A stretch of DNA of 64,000 nucleotides from an uncultured bacterium (GTDB lineage Bacteria; Auribacterota; Erginobacteria; Erginobacterales; Erginobacteraceae), in contig CAWGIE010000035.1 of the NCBI GenBank assembly GCA_963822585.1, forward strand, positions 160,001 through 224,000. Direction: 5' to 3'. Each line of letters opens with the position of its first letter. Within the stretch, counting starts at the first letter, position 1. Below the pieces are notes generated by a model. That model made no database searches. It saw only the letters and a list, made by a program, of their open reading frames with translations, and had not been told where the DNA came from. Shown here one piece after another: positions 53,304-64,000 of the stretch. The position numbers and the translations under genes were made by a program.

Positions 53304-54305
53304 GTGAAGATAGACGATCTGATTAAAAAATCCCGGGATGGAGAAATATTCAGCAAAGCCGAACTGGTGCGGATGCTGAACTTCGCCCCCGATTCGCCGG
53401 AGTCCTACCGGCTGATGGCGGAGGCCAACCGGATATCGAAAGAACTGACCGGAAACCGGGCCGAGGTTCACGCTCAATTCGCCCTCAACCTGGCGCCTTG
53501 CGACGGCAACTGCGCTTTCTGCGCCTTCGCCCGGGTGAACGGTATTTTTTCCGAGGAGATCCGCATTACCCCCGCGGCGGCGGTCGCCTATGCCCGGCAA
53601 TTCGAGAGCGACGGGGCTAACGCCGTCTTTATCATGACCACCGCCCATTATCCTTTCGGACTCTTTCTGGAGATCGCCCGGGAAGTGCGCAATGTCCTGA
53701 AGCCGGAGACGATCATGGTGGCCAATGTCGGCGACCAGTCTCTGGAAAACGCCCGGCAGGTGAAAGCGGCCGGCTTCTCCGGCGTCTATCACGCCCTGCG
53801 GTTGCGGGAGGGGATAGACTCCGGCATCTCCCCGGAAAAACGCCAACGAAGCATCCGGAACTTCCAGGAGGCCGGGCTGCGGGTCGGCACCTGCGTCGAG
53901 CCGGTGGGTCCCGAACATGCCGCCGAAGAACTGGCGGAGATGATCTTGTTCACGGCCTCGATCGCGCCCGCCTACAGCGGCGCCGGCCGCCGGATCACCA
54001 TCCCCGGCTCGAAGATCAGCGCCCGGGGGATGATCAGCGAGCTGCGAATGGCGCAGATCGTCGCCGTCACCCGCCTGGGGATGCCCCGTTCGGTGATCGG
54101 CAACTGCACCCACGAGCCCTGCACCCTGGGAGCGCTGGCCGGGGCGAATCTCTTCTGGGCGGAAGTGGGCGCCAACCCGCGGGACACCGAAGAAAAGACG
54201 GAGGAGGGCCGCGGAATGACGGTGCCCGGTTGCCGGGAGCTCTTCCAGGAATGCGAATGGGGAGTTTTAAAGGGGCCCTCGCGTTTTTACGGCGGGAAGA
54301 ATTGA
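53304..54305 (+). CDS. Radical SAM protein (BioB-like family)
   Basis: CDGNCAFC (CxxxCxxC); probable GTG start. Confidence 0.85.
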   Translation: MKIDDLIKKSRDGEIFSKAELVRMLNFAPDSPESYRLMAEANRISKELTGNRAEVHAQFALNLAPCDGNCAFCAFARVNGIFSEEIRITPAAAVAYARQFESDGANAVFIMTTAHYPFGLFLEIAREVRNVLKPETIMVANVGDQSLENARQVKAAGFSGVYHALRLREGIDSGISPEKRQRSIRNFQEAGLRVGTCVEPVGPEHAAEELAEMILFTASIAPAYSGAGRRITIPGSKISARGMISELRMAQIVAVTRLGMPRSVIGNCTHEPCTLGALAGANLFWAEVGANPRDTEEKTEEGRGMTVPGCRELFQECEWGVLKGPSRFYGGKN

Positions 54306-54369
54306 TTTTTTTCGCCGCCCGCGCCCGTTAGATGCCGTCCGGACAACCCGATTTTGTTTGACCTATAGG

Positions 54370-54453
54370 GTAGCCGCACCTTTTAAGGTGCGTTGTTATT
54401 TGCCTGTGCAATAATTGTCATCCGTTATCACGCAGGTTAAAACCTGCGACTAC
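54370..54453. repeat. GTAG-type REP pair
   Basis: GTAGCCGCACCTTTTAAGGTGCG...CGCAGGTTAAAACCTGCGACTAC. Confidence 0.7.
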
Positions 54454-54509
54454 CAAAATCGGGTTTATCGGACAACCTATTTAGTCCTCGTTATTTCAGG
54501 AGGTGCCGT

Positions 54510-54974
54510 ATGCCGCAGTTGGTCAAGGGAGGGAAGCACGTATTCGGCTGGTCGAAGGTTGACGGCGCCGGCGGAGTGGTCATCCCGCCGGAGGCGGTCG
54601 CGGAGTATCGCTTGGGAAAGACGGAGAACGCCATCTTGATCTCCGGCAGTAAAACTTCGGGGGGTTTCAGCCTCTGCAAGAGGGATTCTCTGCTGAAATC
54701 ACCCCTGGGCGCGGCCATGAAGGAGTGGCCGGAACCAACCGGTCGCGGTGAGTCCGCGGAACGGGTTGTTACAGTCCGGGGGAGATCGTTCTGCCCGGTC
54801 ACGGTCGTCAACGGACGCTTTGTTCTCCCCGGCCGGGCGCTGACGGCGTACGGCGTCCGTCCCGGCGGCCGGCTCCTGGTCATTCGGGGCAGCAGTCTCG
54901 GCGTGGGCTTCGGGGCGCGGGGCCCGATCATCGAGGAAGCCAAACGCCATCCCGAGCTGGAAGTCTTCGAATAA
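54510..54974 (+). CDS. Conserved hypothetical protein (AbrB-like duplication)
   Basis: GGAGG RBS; MPQLVKGGKHVFGWS..VVIPPEA. Confidence 0.75.
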   Translation: MPQLVKGGKHVFGWSKVDGAGGVVIPPEAVAEYRLGKTENAILISGSKTSGGFSLCKRDSLLKSPLGAAMKEWPEPTGRGESAERVVTVRGRSFCPVTVVNGRFVLPGRALTAYGVRPGGRLLVIRGSSLGVGFGARGPIIEEAKRHPELEVFE

Positions 54975-55243
54975 GTCTTATGCCCTTTTCCTCGTTATAT
55001 CTGACGCGGGATGAATTTAAACCAAGAAAGATAGGGCATTGATATGAAGTGGATCAGGAGAGCAGGTTATCAGTGGGAAGAGGATCAGAAAATCAGAGGA
55101 TCAGGTGTCCGTGGCCTGGCATCCTGCTATCCTGTTAACCTGATAACCTGCCAACTGATTTCCTGATTACCTGATCTCCATTGTTTGACTATTCAGATCT
55201 TCTCATTCCTTCGTGTCCTTCGTGGTGAAAAGGAATCCCGGGC

Positions 55244-55666
55244 ATGATCGCTGTATTAAGACATGAGATAACCGTGACGGCGGAGCTGCTTGACAGCAAC
55301 CATCACGTCAACAACGTCGAGTACGTTCGCTGGATGCAGCAGATCGCGATCATGCACTCCAACGCCGTGGGATGCGGGCCGGTCCTGCAACGGCTCGGAG
55401 CCACCTGGTTTGTCCGCGAACACCGGATCGTCTATGACCGGCCCGCTTTCCTCGGCGACGAGATCGTGGGTCTGACCTGGGTATCGGAGATGAGCCGGGT
55501 CCGCTCATTGCGGAAATATAAATTTATCCGCCCGAAGGACGGTGTCGTCCTGGCCCGGGCCGAGACGGACTGGGTCTTCGCGGACGCGAAGACCGGCCGT
55601 CCCCGTTCCATCGCGGAAGAGATCCGCGACCGGTTCACCGTTGTGCCGCCCGACCGGGAGCCGTGA
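55244..55666 (+). CDS. Acyl-CoA thioesterase (4HBT/YbgC hotdog fold)
   Basis: LDSNHHVNNVEYVRW. Confidence 0.9.
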   Translation: MIAVLRHEITVTAELLDSNHHVNNVEYVRWMQQIAIMHSNAVGCGPVLQRLGATWFVREHRIVYDRPAFLGDEIVGLTWVSEMSRVRSLRKYKFIRPKDGVVLARAETDWVFADAKTGRPRSIAEEIRDRFTVVPPDREP

Positions 55667-55689
55667 AACCAGGTCCCACCCCATTTCTT

Positions 55690-55935
55690 ACCCGGGCTTA
55701 AACGTTAAACCCCGTTGGGGTTCTCCTATCCGGACCCCGAAGGGGTCCAACATTTCAGCCCCGGGTTCCACCCGGGGATATAGACAGTCTCACCCAAACC
55801 CCCCGCACCCTGAAGGGGTGCAACGTTCATCGATTCGGATGTTGAACCCCGTTGGGGTTCGTTTTTGGTGGGAAGATGGGACATGTATCCCGGGGTTTCA
55901 CCCCGGGTTTAAACGTTAAACCCCGTTGGGGTTCT
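55690..55935. repeat. Satellite REP cluster of the tnpA-associated family
   Basis: Same AACCCCGTTGGGGTT and CCCCGAAGGGG units, between convergent genes. Confidence 0.85.
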
Positions 55936-56463
55936 CTTGCCCTCCAATGCTTCCCCTAATTCTTCCGGCGAGGAGATAAGGCGGAGATGGCGAAAGTTGG
56001 TCCGGTCGATGATGAAATCCCGGCGGAGATTGTTGAGAAATTCCTGCCAGCCTTTCCCGTAGAGGAGCACGGAGATATCGCTGATCTGCCCGCTTTTCAG
56101 CAGGTCCCAGACGAACATGACCTCGGTGACGGTGCCGATCCCTCCCTCCAGGGCCAGAAACAGATCGGCGTGCTCAGCGAAGTGGTCGAGCCGGGTACCC
56201 AGCGTCTTCGCCATCACGAACTCGTTGACGTAGTGGTTGGGCGGCATGGTGAAATGCTGCAGCCCGATCCCGTGGCATTTCCCCCCGCCGTCCCGGCAGC
56301 CCCGGCAGAGCGCCTCCATGGTTCCCCCGTAGCCGCCGCAGAGGAGATGCCACCCCGCCTCCCCGATGATCCGGCCGATTTTGACGGCGGCGCGATATTC
56401 GGGGGTATCCTTCCCGGTTACCGCGCTCCCGAAAACGGCGATTATTTTCTGGTCTCCAATCAT
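55909..56463 (-). CDS. LOG-family (SLOG) protein
   Basis: IAVFGSA, CGGYGGTMEA, LEGGIGTVTE. Confidence 0.85.
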   Translation of the reverse strand: MIGDQKIIAVFGSAVTGKDTPEYRAAVKIGRIIGEAGWHLLCGGYGGTMEALCRGCRDGGGKCHGIGLQHFTMPPNHYVNEFVMAKTLGTRLDHFAEHADLFLALEGGIGTVTEVMFVWDLLKSGQISDISVLLYGKGWQEFLNNLRRDFIIDRTNFRHLRLISSPEELGEALEGKRTPTGFNV

Positions 56464-56744
56464 GTAAAAAGTCCGGCGAGAATTGCCTCCGCTTCTTCGA
56501 CCGAAGCGACCCGGTTGACGACGATCTCGCCGTTGTCGTGGATGTGGACGGTGATCCCGCCCAGCGTCAGATACAGCACCCCCAGCCGGTCCATGAGCAT
56601 GACTTTCTCGGTGATCTTCCGGGCCTTCTCCGCCAGTGGCGGGAGATCGAGCAGCCGGCCGGCGCTCCCCTGAACGGTGACCGTGCTGTCCTCGTGGCAG
56701 TATTCGTGAATGCTTAGATTTAAATCCTGTATTTTCACCACCAA
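56460..56744 (-). CDS. Small hypothetical protein
   Basis: 94 aa; stop overlaps the LOG start; 5' end abuts the repeat array. Confidence 0.55.
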   Translation of the reverse strand: MVVKIQDLNLSIHEYCHEDSTVTVQGSAGRLLDLPPLAEKARKITEKVMLMDRLGVLYLTLGGITVHIHDNGEIVVNRVASVEEAEAILAGLFT

Positions 56745-57252
56745 GACACTAACCCCCCCCGGCCCCTTTTATAATCACCAAGACACTAAGACACTAAGAA
56801 ACACCAAGAAAACTTTTGTTCCCCCCCCTCGGCCCCTTGATTACCACCAAGATACTAAGACACTAAGAAAACTATTGTCCCCCCCCTCGGCCCCTTTTTA
56901 TAACCACCAAGACACCAAGACACTAAGAAACACCAAGAAAACTAATGTTTCCCCCCCCTCGGCCCCTTTTTATAACCACCAAGACACTAAGACACTAAGA
57001 AACACCAAGAAAACTTTTGTTCCCCCCCCTCGGCCCCTTGATTACCACCAAGATACTAAGACACTAAGAAAACTATTGTCCCCCCCCTCGGCCCCTTGAT
57101 TACCACCAAGATACTAAGACACTAAGAAAACTATTGTCCCCCCCCTCGGCCCCTTTTTATAACCACCAAGACACTAAGACACGAAGGAACACCAAGAAAA
57201 CTTATGTCCCCCCCCTCGGTCCCTTTTTATAACCACCAAGACACTAAGACAC
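56737..57252 (+). repeat. Tandem array of CACCAAGACACTAAG / CCCCCCCTCGGCCCC units
   Basis: About nine units of 50-65 bp. Confidence 0.9.
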
Positions 57253-57577
57253 TATGGTAGCGCCTTCGGCGCTACTAATGACGAAACCCGAAACCCGAAA
57301 TCCGAAAGAATGTCCAATGACTTAATGTCAAAATGATCTTATCCAAGTTGATGGGTGTTGTGTCGTACTGGTATTCGTCATTCGAATTTAGTCATTCATT
57401 CGTCATTCATCATTCGGATTTCGTCATTCGTATTGTTTGCTATTATGGAAAATCCGAATAAGTCTTAATAATCGGAACTGGAAGTCTCTCCCACAATTTT
57501 TAGTGTCTTTGTGTCTTAGTGGTTATTTAGTATTTTTGTGTCTTCGTGTCTTAGTGGTTATTTCCCTTTGAAGTGTC

Positions 57578-58273
57578 TTAGTGGTTATTTTTTTGAGTAT
57601 TTTTGTGACTTGGTGGTAAGAAGGGGGCGATGGCGGCTTTGATTTCTTTGACGGCGCGGGCCGGGTCTTCGGCCTGGTGGATGGCGCGGCCGATGATCTC
57701 GAAGTCGCCGCCGGCCTCGATCGCTCGCCCGAACTCTCCCCCCTGGGCCCCGATCCCGCAGCAGACAATCAACAGATCGGGGCCGATGATCTCCCGGACC
57801 CGTGCCACCACGTCGGGCCGGTTCCCGGGCGCCTGGACGCCGGCCGCCCCCAGCATCCGGGCCAGGCCGGCGAATTCCTCGGTGAACTGGGAGGTGAAGT
57901 CGAGACCGCCGGGGTTGGTGAGCTGGGTGACGACGAAGACTTTCATTTCACCGGCCGTCTCGATCGCGGACTGGATGGCGTCGATCCCGATGAACCCCTG
58001 GACCATCACCCCGTCGGCGCCCGCCTCGCGGCAGAGCTGGATGATGGGGTTATTGGTCACCGGAACATCGGCGACTTTGAAATCGGCCAGGATCGGCTTC
58101 CGGTACCGTTCCTTCACGTCGGTGATGATCGAAAGCCCCTCCCGGAGGACCAGGGGGTAGTTGAACTTGATGACGTCGATATCGCCGATCACCCGGTCAA
58201 GCAGGCCGAAGGCGGCCGCCCGGTCGGCGACGTCCAGCGCCAGCATGATGCCGCTTTTTCTTTCCCATTTCAT
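57578..58273 (-). CDS. pyrF: Orotidine-5'-phosphate decarboxylase
   Basis: MLALDV; DFKVADVPVT (DxKxxD); GIGAQGG; IIGRAI. Confidence 0.95.
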   Translation of the reverse strand: MKWERKSGIMLALDVADRAAAFGLLDRVIGDIDVIKFNYPLVLREGLSIITDVKERYRKPILADFKVADVPVTNNPIIQLCREAGADGVMVQGFIGIDAIQSAIETAGEMKVFVVTQLTNPGGLDFTSQFTEEFAGLARMLGAAGVQAPGNRPDVVARVREIIGPDLLIVCCGIGAQGGEFGRAIEAGGDFEIIGRAIHQAEDPARAVKEIKAAIAPFLPPSHKNTQKNNH

Positions 58274-58280
58274 GTTTGAT

Positions 58281-58835
58281 AACCACTAAGGCACGAAGAT
58301 AATTTTTATTCCCCCCAACCTCGGCCCCTTGATTACCACCAAGACACTAAGACACGAAGAAACACCAAGAAAACTTTTGTTCCCCCCCCTCGGCCCCTTT
58401 TATAACCACCAAGACACTAAGACACTAAGAAACACCAAGAAAACTTTTGTTCCCCCCCCTCGGCCCCTTTTATAACCACCAAGACACTAAGACACTAAGA
58501 AACACCAAGAAAACTAATGTTCCCCCAACCTCGGCCCCTTTTATTACCACCAAGACACGAAAACAAAAACACCAAGAAAACTTATGTTCCCCCAACCTCG
58601 GCCCCTTTTATTACCACCAAGACACGAAGACACGAAGAAACACCAAGAAAACTAATGTTCCCCCCCTTACCCCTTATCCCCTATCCCTGCTTTTCTACCA
58701 CCAAGACACTAAGACACGAAGAAACACCAAGAAAACTTATGTTCCCCCCAACCTCGCCCCCTTTAATAACCACCAAGACACTAAGACACCAAGAAACACC
58801 AAGAAAACTATTCTTCCCCCCCCTCGGCCCTTTTT
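58281..58835 (+). repeat. Tandem array of the same CACCAAG family
   Basis: About eight units of ~60 bp. Confidence 0.9.
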
Positions 58836-59295
58836 TAACAGACGATTGAATGTGATTGGATATGGGTTGTGGCCGCTACCTTGGCCCCTTTGATTACCAC
58901 CCCCGTACAGCTTCGCTACGGGGCGGAGCAAGACACTATGGTAGCGCCTGCGGCGCTACTAATGACGAAACCCGAAACCCGAAATCCGAAAGAATGCTCA
59001 ATGACTTAATGTCAAAATGATCTTATCCAAGTTGGTGGGTGTTGTGTCGTAATTGGTATTCGTCATTCGAATTTAGTCATTCATTCGTCATTCGTCATTC
59101 GGATTTCGTCATTCGTATTGCTTGCTATTATGGAAAATCCGAAAAAGTCTTAATAATCGAGGCTGGAAGCCTCTCCCATAATTATATTCTTTTCTTAGTG
59201 TCTTTGTGTCTTAGTGGTTATCCAGTTTTTTTGTGTCTTAGTGGTTATCCAGTTTTTTTGTGACTTAGTGGTTATTTAGTTTTGTGTCTTAGTGG

Positions 59296-60468
59296 TTATT
59301 TCCCTTTAAAGGATTGAGCAATCTCTGAGAGTGCCTGGGCCAGGTAGCTCACTTCTTCCTCGGTGTTGAAGATCCCGAAGCTGGCCCGGACGGTGCCTTC
59401 GGGAAAGGTGCCCACCGCCCGGTGCGCCTCCGGGGCGCAGTGCAGGCCGTCGCGGACCTTGATGTTGTAAACCCGGTCGAGCAGGCTGGCCGTCTCCCGC
59501 GGGGGGAGACCGGTAAGGTTGAAGGAAACAACGCCATGATGGATCCCGGGGGAAGGGAGGTAGAGGACGACTGATTCCAGCCGGGACAGCTCCTCGACCG
59601 CCAGCCCGGTCAGCTTCCCGATGTGCCGGTGGATGGCGCTGACGGTTTTTTCCCGGATGTAGTCAGCCCCGGCCTGGAGGCCGGCGATCCCCCAGCTGTT
59701 CTGGGTTCCGACTTCAAACCGGTGAGGCAGTTCATCGATAAAGATCTCCCGGGTTGAGCGGACCCCGGTTCCTCCGAATTTCAGAGGCAGCACTTTTCCG
59801 GCCAGGGTATCGCGGATATAGAATCCCCCGGTGCCGGTCGGCCCCAGGAGCCCCTTGTGTCCGGAGAAAGCGAGAAAATCGATGCCCATCTCCTCCACGT
59901 CGATGGGACAGGTCCCCAGGCTCTGGGCGGCGTCGACCACGAGGGCGATCTCCGGATGTCTCCGGAGCAGTCCCCCGATCTCCCCGATCTTCATCACCAC
60001 CCCGAAGGCGTTGGAGATATGATTGATCAGGCACATTCTGGTGGCGGGGAGGATCTCTTTCTCGATCCGGTCGAGGAAGACGCCGTCCTGAAGAGAGGCG
60101 TCCAGTCGGGTGATGGTGACGCCGCGGTGGAGGGCGAGATAGGAGAGCGGCCGGATCACGGAGTTATGCTCGAACGGGGAGGTGATGACGTGATCCCCGG
60201 GCTGGAGAAGGCCGAGGATGGCGGTGTTTAAAGCTTCCGTGGCGCCGGAGGTGAAGATCAGGTCCCCGGCCGGGCAGTTGATCAGCTCGGCGATGCCTTC
60301 CCGGGTCTGATCGCCGATCCGGGCGACTTCCCGACTCTCGCGGTAAAAACCCCGGTCGTTGCCGATGCCGATCCGGCGGGCGAATTCATCGGCGGCCCGG
60401 TAGACCGCTTCCGGTTTGGGGAACGAAGTGGCGGCCTGATCGAGATATACTTTATTTTTCTTCCGCAT
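59296..60468 (-). CDS. Cysteine desulfurase-family class V aminotransferase
   Basis: YLDQAATSFPKP; EHNSV; DAAQS; SGHKGLLGP; RDGLHCAP. Confidence 0.95.
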   Translation of the reverse strand: MRKKNKVYLDQAATSFPKPEAVYRAADEFARRIGIGNDRGFYRESREVARIGDQTREGIAELINCPAGDLIFTSGATEALNTAILGLLQPGDHVITSPFEHNSVIRPLSYLALHRGVTITRLDASLQDGVFLDRIEKEILPATRMCLINHISNAFGVVMKIGEIGGLLRRHPEIALVVDAAQSLGTCPIDVEEMGIDFLAFSGHKGLLGPTGTGGFYIRDTLAGKVLPLKFGGTGVRSTREIFIDELPHRFEVGTQNSWGIAGLQAGADYIREKTVSAIHRHIGKLTGLAVEELSRLESVVLYLPSPGIHHGVVSFNLTGLPPRETASLLDRVYNIKVRDGLHCAPEAHRAVGTFPEGTVRASFGIFNTEEEVSYLAQALSEIAQSFKGK

Positions 60469-61390
60469 CTTTCATCAGGGAGTGGAGCCATCGGGTTTCC
60501 CTCTTGGTCGGTTTGGTGACGGAGCCGACGGTGACGTTAACCTCTTTGAGATCGAGGCCGGTAAACTGTTCTATGCTCTCCAGAATATAAAGCTGGAGGC
60601 CGTGGATCCGTCCGCTGACTTTCATCCCGAAGGGGAGCCGGAGGATGATTTCCAGGCGGTAGGATCCTCCCGCCGGGGTGACGACGATCTTCATGATCTT
60701 GAGATCGGGGTTATACTCGTTCACGCAGTGAATGACCATCTGGCTGAGCGCGCTCTCCGATATCCTGACCTTCCCCTTATCGCTGTACTCGGGGCGAACC
60801 AGCGTTTTCTCGAAAGTGTTGTTCCCCCTCCAGAAGAAGAGGCTTCGCTTCAGAAAAACCTGTACCGGATCAAGGAAGATATGCTGATGCTCCCGCTTCA
60901 CTTCAATCGCCGGGACCGGGATGATATGCTTGCCGCTGATCTTCCGGGAACGGGAGGCGGCCTCGATCTCTTCATGGGTGGCGATATCCTCGATTTGAAT
61001 AATCCGGCTCGGGTCCGGCAGCCCGAGCCGGTAGGCAATGATCCTGGTCATCTTCTCGGATGTGCCGACGATCAGGATTTTTTTAAAGTCTTCCATCCGG
61101 AGGCTGTCGATCACTTCCCGGGCGTGCGTTTCGTCATAGAAAAGGGCGGTCTTGACCGCGGTGTACTTCCGCTTTTCCTTTTTGGCCGATTTTCCGGCCA
61201 GGATTCTCTGGTCCTTGATCGCCAGGCCGTCGTCGATAATGATATCGATGCCGAACCTCTGCGCGACCAGCTGGGCGCGAAAGCTCTTGCCGGTCCCGCT
61301 CCTGCCGACCAGCGCGAAGACCTTGATGCCTTTAAAGAAAAGGGCGATGTGATGGAAAAAGGATTTGACGTTCAGGGTATAGGTATACAT
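60452..61390 (-). CDS. P-loop ATPase with C-terminal Asp23/Gls24-like domain
   Basis: GRSGTGKS, IIDDGL, HIIPVP; C-terminal IEQFTGLDLKEVNVTV. Confidence 0.8.
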   Translation of the reverse strand: MYTYTLNVKSFFHHIALFFKGIKVFALVGRSGTGKSFRAQLVAQRFGIDIIIDDGLAIKDQRILAGKSAKKEKRKYTAVKTALFYDETHAREVIDSLRMEDFKKILIVGTSEKMTRIIAYRLGLPDPSRIIQIEDIATHEEIEAASRSRKISGKHIIPVPAIEVKREHQHIFLDPVQVFLKRSLFFWRGNNTFEKTLVRPEYSDKGKVRISESALSQMVIHCVNEYNPDLKIMKIVVTPAGGSYRLEIILRLPFGMKVSGRIHGLQLYILESIEQFTGLDLKEVNVTVGSVTKPTKRETRWLHSLMKDAEEK

Positions 61391-61394
61391 TTTC

Positions 61395-62219
61395 TCACCA
61401 TCCCCCGGGGCGGCTGAGGCGGACTTCACCGGAGACGACCTCTTCCCGCGTTCCATCCGACATTCTTACCAGCAGGCTTCCGGTCGGCGTGATGTCAAGC
61501 GCCTCGGCGGTAAACTCGGAACTCTTCCGGATAATTACGATCTCTTTGCCGATAACGACGGACAATTTACGGTATTCTCTCAGGAGCCCCGTGAAGTCTC
61601 CTTCTTCAAAGGCATCGCGATAGAGCCGTTCCAGTGTCAGGAGCACCGGGACCAGGATCCGCATCCGGGAAATCCGCCGCCCCGAGCAGAGCCGCAGTGA
61701 GGTCGCCCGGTCGCGGAACTCCGCGGGAAATGAGGTCGTGTTGACGTTGATCCCGATCCCGACGATGATATATCCGCCCCCCCGCTCTCCGGTCCCGAGT
61801 TCGGTCAGAATGCCGGCCGTTTTTTTCCCGTCGATGACGATATCATTGGGCCACTTGATCCCGGCGGAAAGTCCGGTAATCTTCCTGAGCGCCCCGGCGA
61901 CGGCGACCGCGGCCAGCGGAGTAACCAGCAGGATCCGCGGATGTGAAAGGGGCGGACGAAGGATCAGGGAAAACCAGAGCCCGGTTCCGGCCGGTGAAAT
62001 CCAGCTTCTCCCCCTCCGGCCCCGGCCGGCGGTCTGCTCTTCGCTGATAATCAGGGTCCCTTCCGGGGCGGCCTCCTCCGCCAGTCTCCGGGCGAACGTA
62101 TTGGTCGAATCAATGGATTGAAAAAAGTGTATCCGGGAGCCGAAGGTATGTCCCTCCAGGGCTTCCCGCAAGTCATCTTCAGAGAGAGATGTGTCTCCTT
62201 CTCCCGATGCCGCCCTCAC
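61395..62219 (-). CDS. birA: Biotin-protein ligase
   Basis: DSTN, QTAGRGRRGRSW, KWPND, KTAGILTE, GIGINV. Confidence 0.95.
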   Translation of the reverse strand: MRAASGEGDTSLSEDDLREALEGHTFGSRIHFFQSIDSTNTFARRLAEEAAPEGTLIISEEQTAGRGRRGRSWISPAGTGLWFSLILRPPLSHPRILLVTPLAAVAVAGALRKITGLSAGIKWPNDIVIDGKKTAGILTELGTGERGGGYIIVGIGINVNTTSFPAEFRDRATSLRLCSGRRISRMRILVPVLLTLERLYRDAFEEGDFTGLLREYRKLSVVIGKEIVIIRKSSEFTAEALDITPTGSLLVRMSDGTREEVVSGEVRLSRPGGW

Positions 62220-62441
62220 GCTACTCCCCGGTTTTTTCCCGAAATACGTGCTGAGCTCATCTAACCAGTTAGCGCCTTCGGCGCAACTCGGTCAGGGCAA
62301 CGGTAACCCCGGTAGTTACCGGGGTTTCGTTTGTCGGTTACGGTTACGTGCGCCCGGCGCGGCGGCCGTTACCCTAACCCTCACCGATACGGGCTTCGTT
62401 ACCCTTACCGTTGCCTTTTATTGAAATTCCGAAGCAGCAAG

Positions 62442-63575
62442 CTACTTGAACAAGGCCAGCATGACACCGGCGGCGACCGCCGATCCGATCACGCCCGCGA
62501 CATTGGGGCCCATCGCGTGCATCAGCAGGAAGTTGGCCGGATCCTCCTGCTGGCCGATTTTCTGGGAGACCCGGGCCGCCATCGGGACGGCGGAGACCCC
62601 GGCCGATCCGATCAGCGGATTGATCTTCCCGCCGGTCAGCTTGTTCATCAGTTTCGCCAGGAGTACCCCCCCGGCGGTACCGATCGCGAAGGCCAGCACC
62701 CCCAGAACCAGGATCTCGATGGTCTGGAGATTCAAAAACCGCTCCGCCGTGGCGGTGGCCCCGACGGAGAGACCGAGGAAGATCGTGACCATGTTGATCA
62801 AGGCGTTGGAAACGGTGTCCTTCAGACGATCCACGACCAGGCATTCCTTGAAGAGATTTCCCAGCATCAGCATCCCGATCAGGGGCGCGGCCGGGGGGAG
62901 CATGAGAACGACAACCAGCGTCACGAAGATCGGGAAGAGTATCTTCTCGGTCTGGGAGACGGGCCGGAGCTGCGCCATCCGGATCCGCCGTTCCTTCTTG
63001 GTGGTCAGCAGCCGCATGATCGGCGGCTGGATGATCGGAACCAGGGCCATGTAGGAATAGGCCGCCACCGCCACCGGTCCCAGCAACAGCGGGGCGAGAC
63101 GGGAAGTCAGGTAGATGGCGGTGGGGCCGTCGGCGCCGCCGATAATCCCGATCGAGCCGGCTTCCCGGCCGGTGAAACCGAGCATGATCGCCCCGAAGAA
63201 AGTGGTGAAGATGCCGACCTGGGCCGCCGCCCCCAGGAGGAGGGACTTGGGATTGGCGATCAGGGGGCCGAAGTCGGTCATGGCGCCGACACCCATGAAT
63301 ATGATCGGCGGCCAGATGCCCAGCTCATCCCCCTGGTAAAAATACCAGAGCAACCCCCCCGGATTGCCCACCCCCCCGGGGGGGCTCATCAGGCCTCCGA
63401 AGGGGAGATTGGTCAGAAACATCCCGAAGGCGATCGGGACCAGGAGGAGGGGCTCGAAGCGTTTTTTGATCCCCAGGTAAAGAAGGATGAACGAGATCAG
63501 GATCATCGCCACCTGGCCGAGATGCAGCCCGCTGATCCCCATGCTCCGGATAAATTGGCCGGCGATATGTTCCAT
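62442..63575 (-). CDS. Na+-translocating decarboxylase beta subunit (OadB/MmdB/GcdB family)
   Basis: [48 protein letters not shown]. Confidence 0.95.
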   Translation of the reverse strand: MEHIAGQFIRSMGISGLHLGQVAMILISFILLYLGIKKRFEPLLLVPIAFGMFLTNLPFGGLMSPPGGVGNPGGLLWYFYQGDELGIWPPIIFMGVGAMTDFGPLIANPKSLLLGAAAQVGIFTTFFGAIMLGFTGREAGSIGIIGGADGPTAIYLTSRLAPLLLGPVAVAAYSYMALVPIIQPPIMRLLTTKKERRIRMAQLRPVSQTEKILFPIFVTLVVVLMLPPAAPLIGMLMLGNLFKECLVVDRLKDTVSNALINMVTIFLGLSVGATATAERFLNLQTIEILVLGVLAFAIGTAGGVLLAKLMNKLTGGKINPLIGSAGVSAVPMAARVSQKIGQQEDPANFLLMHAMGPNVAGVIGSAVAAGVMLALFK

Positions 63576-63779
63576 TATAAATTAGCTCGCTGCGCTCGCA
63601 AATTTATGTAGGATCGTCCTTCACTCCGTGAAGGACTTGTAGTAGATGCAGGAAATGTAGTATCGCCTTGCCTGCGGCAAGGCTTGCCGACCCGCCCGCG
63701 CCGCGAAAGGACGATACTACACCACTGGATTTCTCTTTTTGAATTCCTAAACAATAAATGAACTCCCTCCGTCGCTCAT

Positions 63780-64000
63780 TTATGAGTCGAAGCGAAGAGT
63801 GATCAGGGGGTCATCGGCGCTGACCGCGGCTCCTTTCTCCACGTGGACGGACAGGATCTGGCCGTCCGCTACCGACATGATCTCATTCTCCATTTTCATC
63901 GCCTCCAGGATCAGAAGGAGCTGTCCCCGGGTGATCCGATCCCCCTCCTTGACCTTGACGGCGAGGATGGTACCGGGCATGGGCGCTTTCAGCACCGTGC
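63780..64000 (-). CDS. Biotin carboxyl carrier domain (5' end outside the window)
   Basis: APMPG..LEAMKMENEI. Confidence 0.9.
   Translation of the reverse strand, partial: TVLKAPMPGTILAVKVKEGDRITRGQLLLILEAMKMENEIMSVADGQILSVHVEKGAAVSADDPLITLRFDS

Noticed and set aside
1..64000. tRNA/rRNA genes, reverse transcriptase, prophage genes
   Set aside because: None recognisable by eye

Overview
Bacterial window in two halves. The C-terminal 'GDYxGDGxSDIAIFRxSSGLWAxRGxTRxYFG' modules suggest a PVC-related or candidate-phylum genome, but taxonomy cannot be fixed from this alone. (1) About 1-37 kb is an accessory/defence region. Nearly all genes lie on the minus strand and are separated by 11 near-complete and several partial, identically oriented copies of a ~185-bp element with ~29-bp terminal inverted repeats. 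This gives an integron-like cassette array with no integrase in the window. Cargo includes VapBC, XRE-ImmA/IrrE + DUF4411, three HEPN-motif proteins, a TIR-DUF4071-SLATT-TIR-DUF4062-Sua5/TsaC cluster, surface and repeat proteins (SBBP, LRR, ankyrin, HEAT, trypsin-TPR), an orphan ParB and remnant attC-like sites. A 2.1-kb hipBA islet duplicates the 3' end of the neighbouring xanthine-dehydrogenase-family gene. (2) About 37-64 kb is GC-rich core genome: a probable anaerobic purine/allantoin catabolic cluster (XDH-family subunits, double cyclase, DUF1116, NCS1, DUF2877, FdrA), radical SAM, thioesterase, LOG, pyrF, cysteine desulfurase, birA and a Na+-decarboxylase beta subunit. Its intergenic spaces are filled with REP arrays (around an IS200/RAYT-type tnpA) and nested short-unit repeats (around a GxxExxY gene). 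Many genes, core ones included, carry single-base frameshifts that may be sequencing or assembly errors. All family calls come from motif recognition by eye; no database searches were run.
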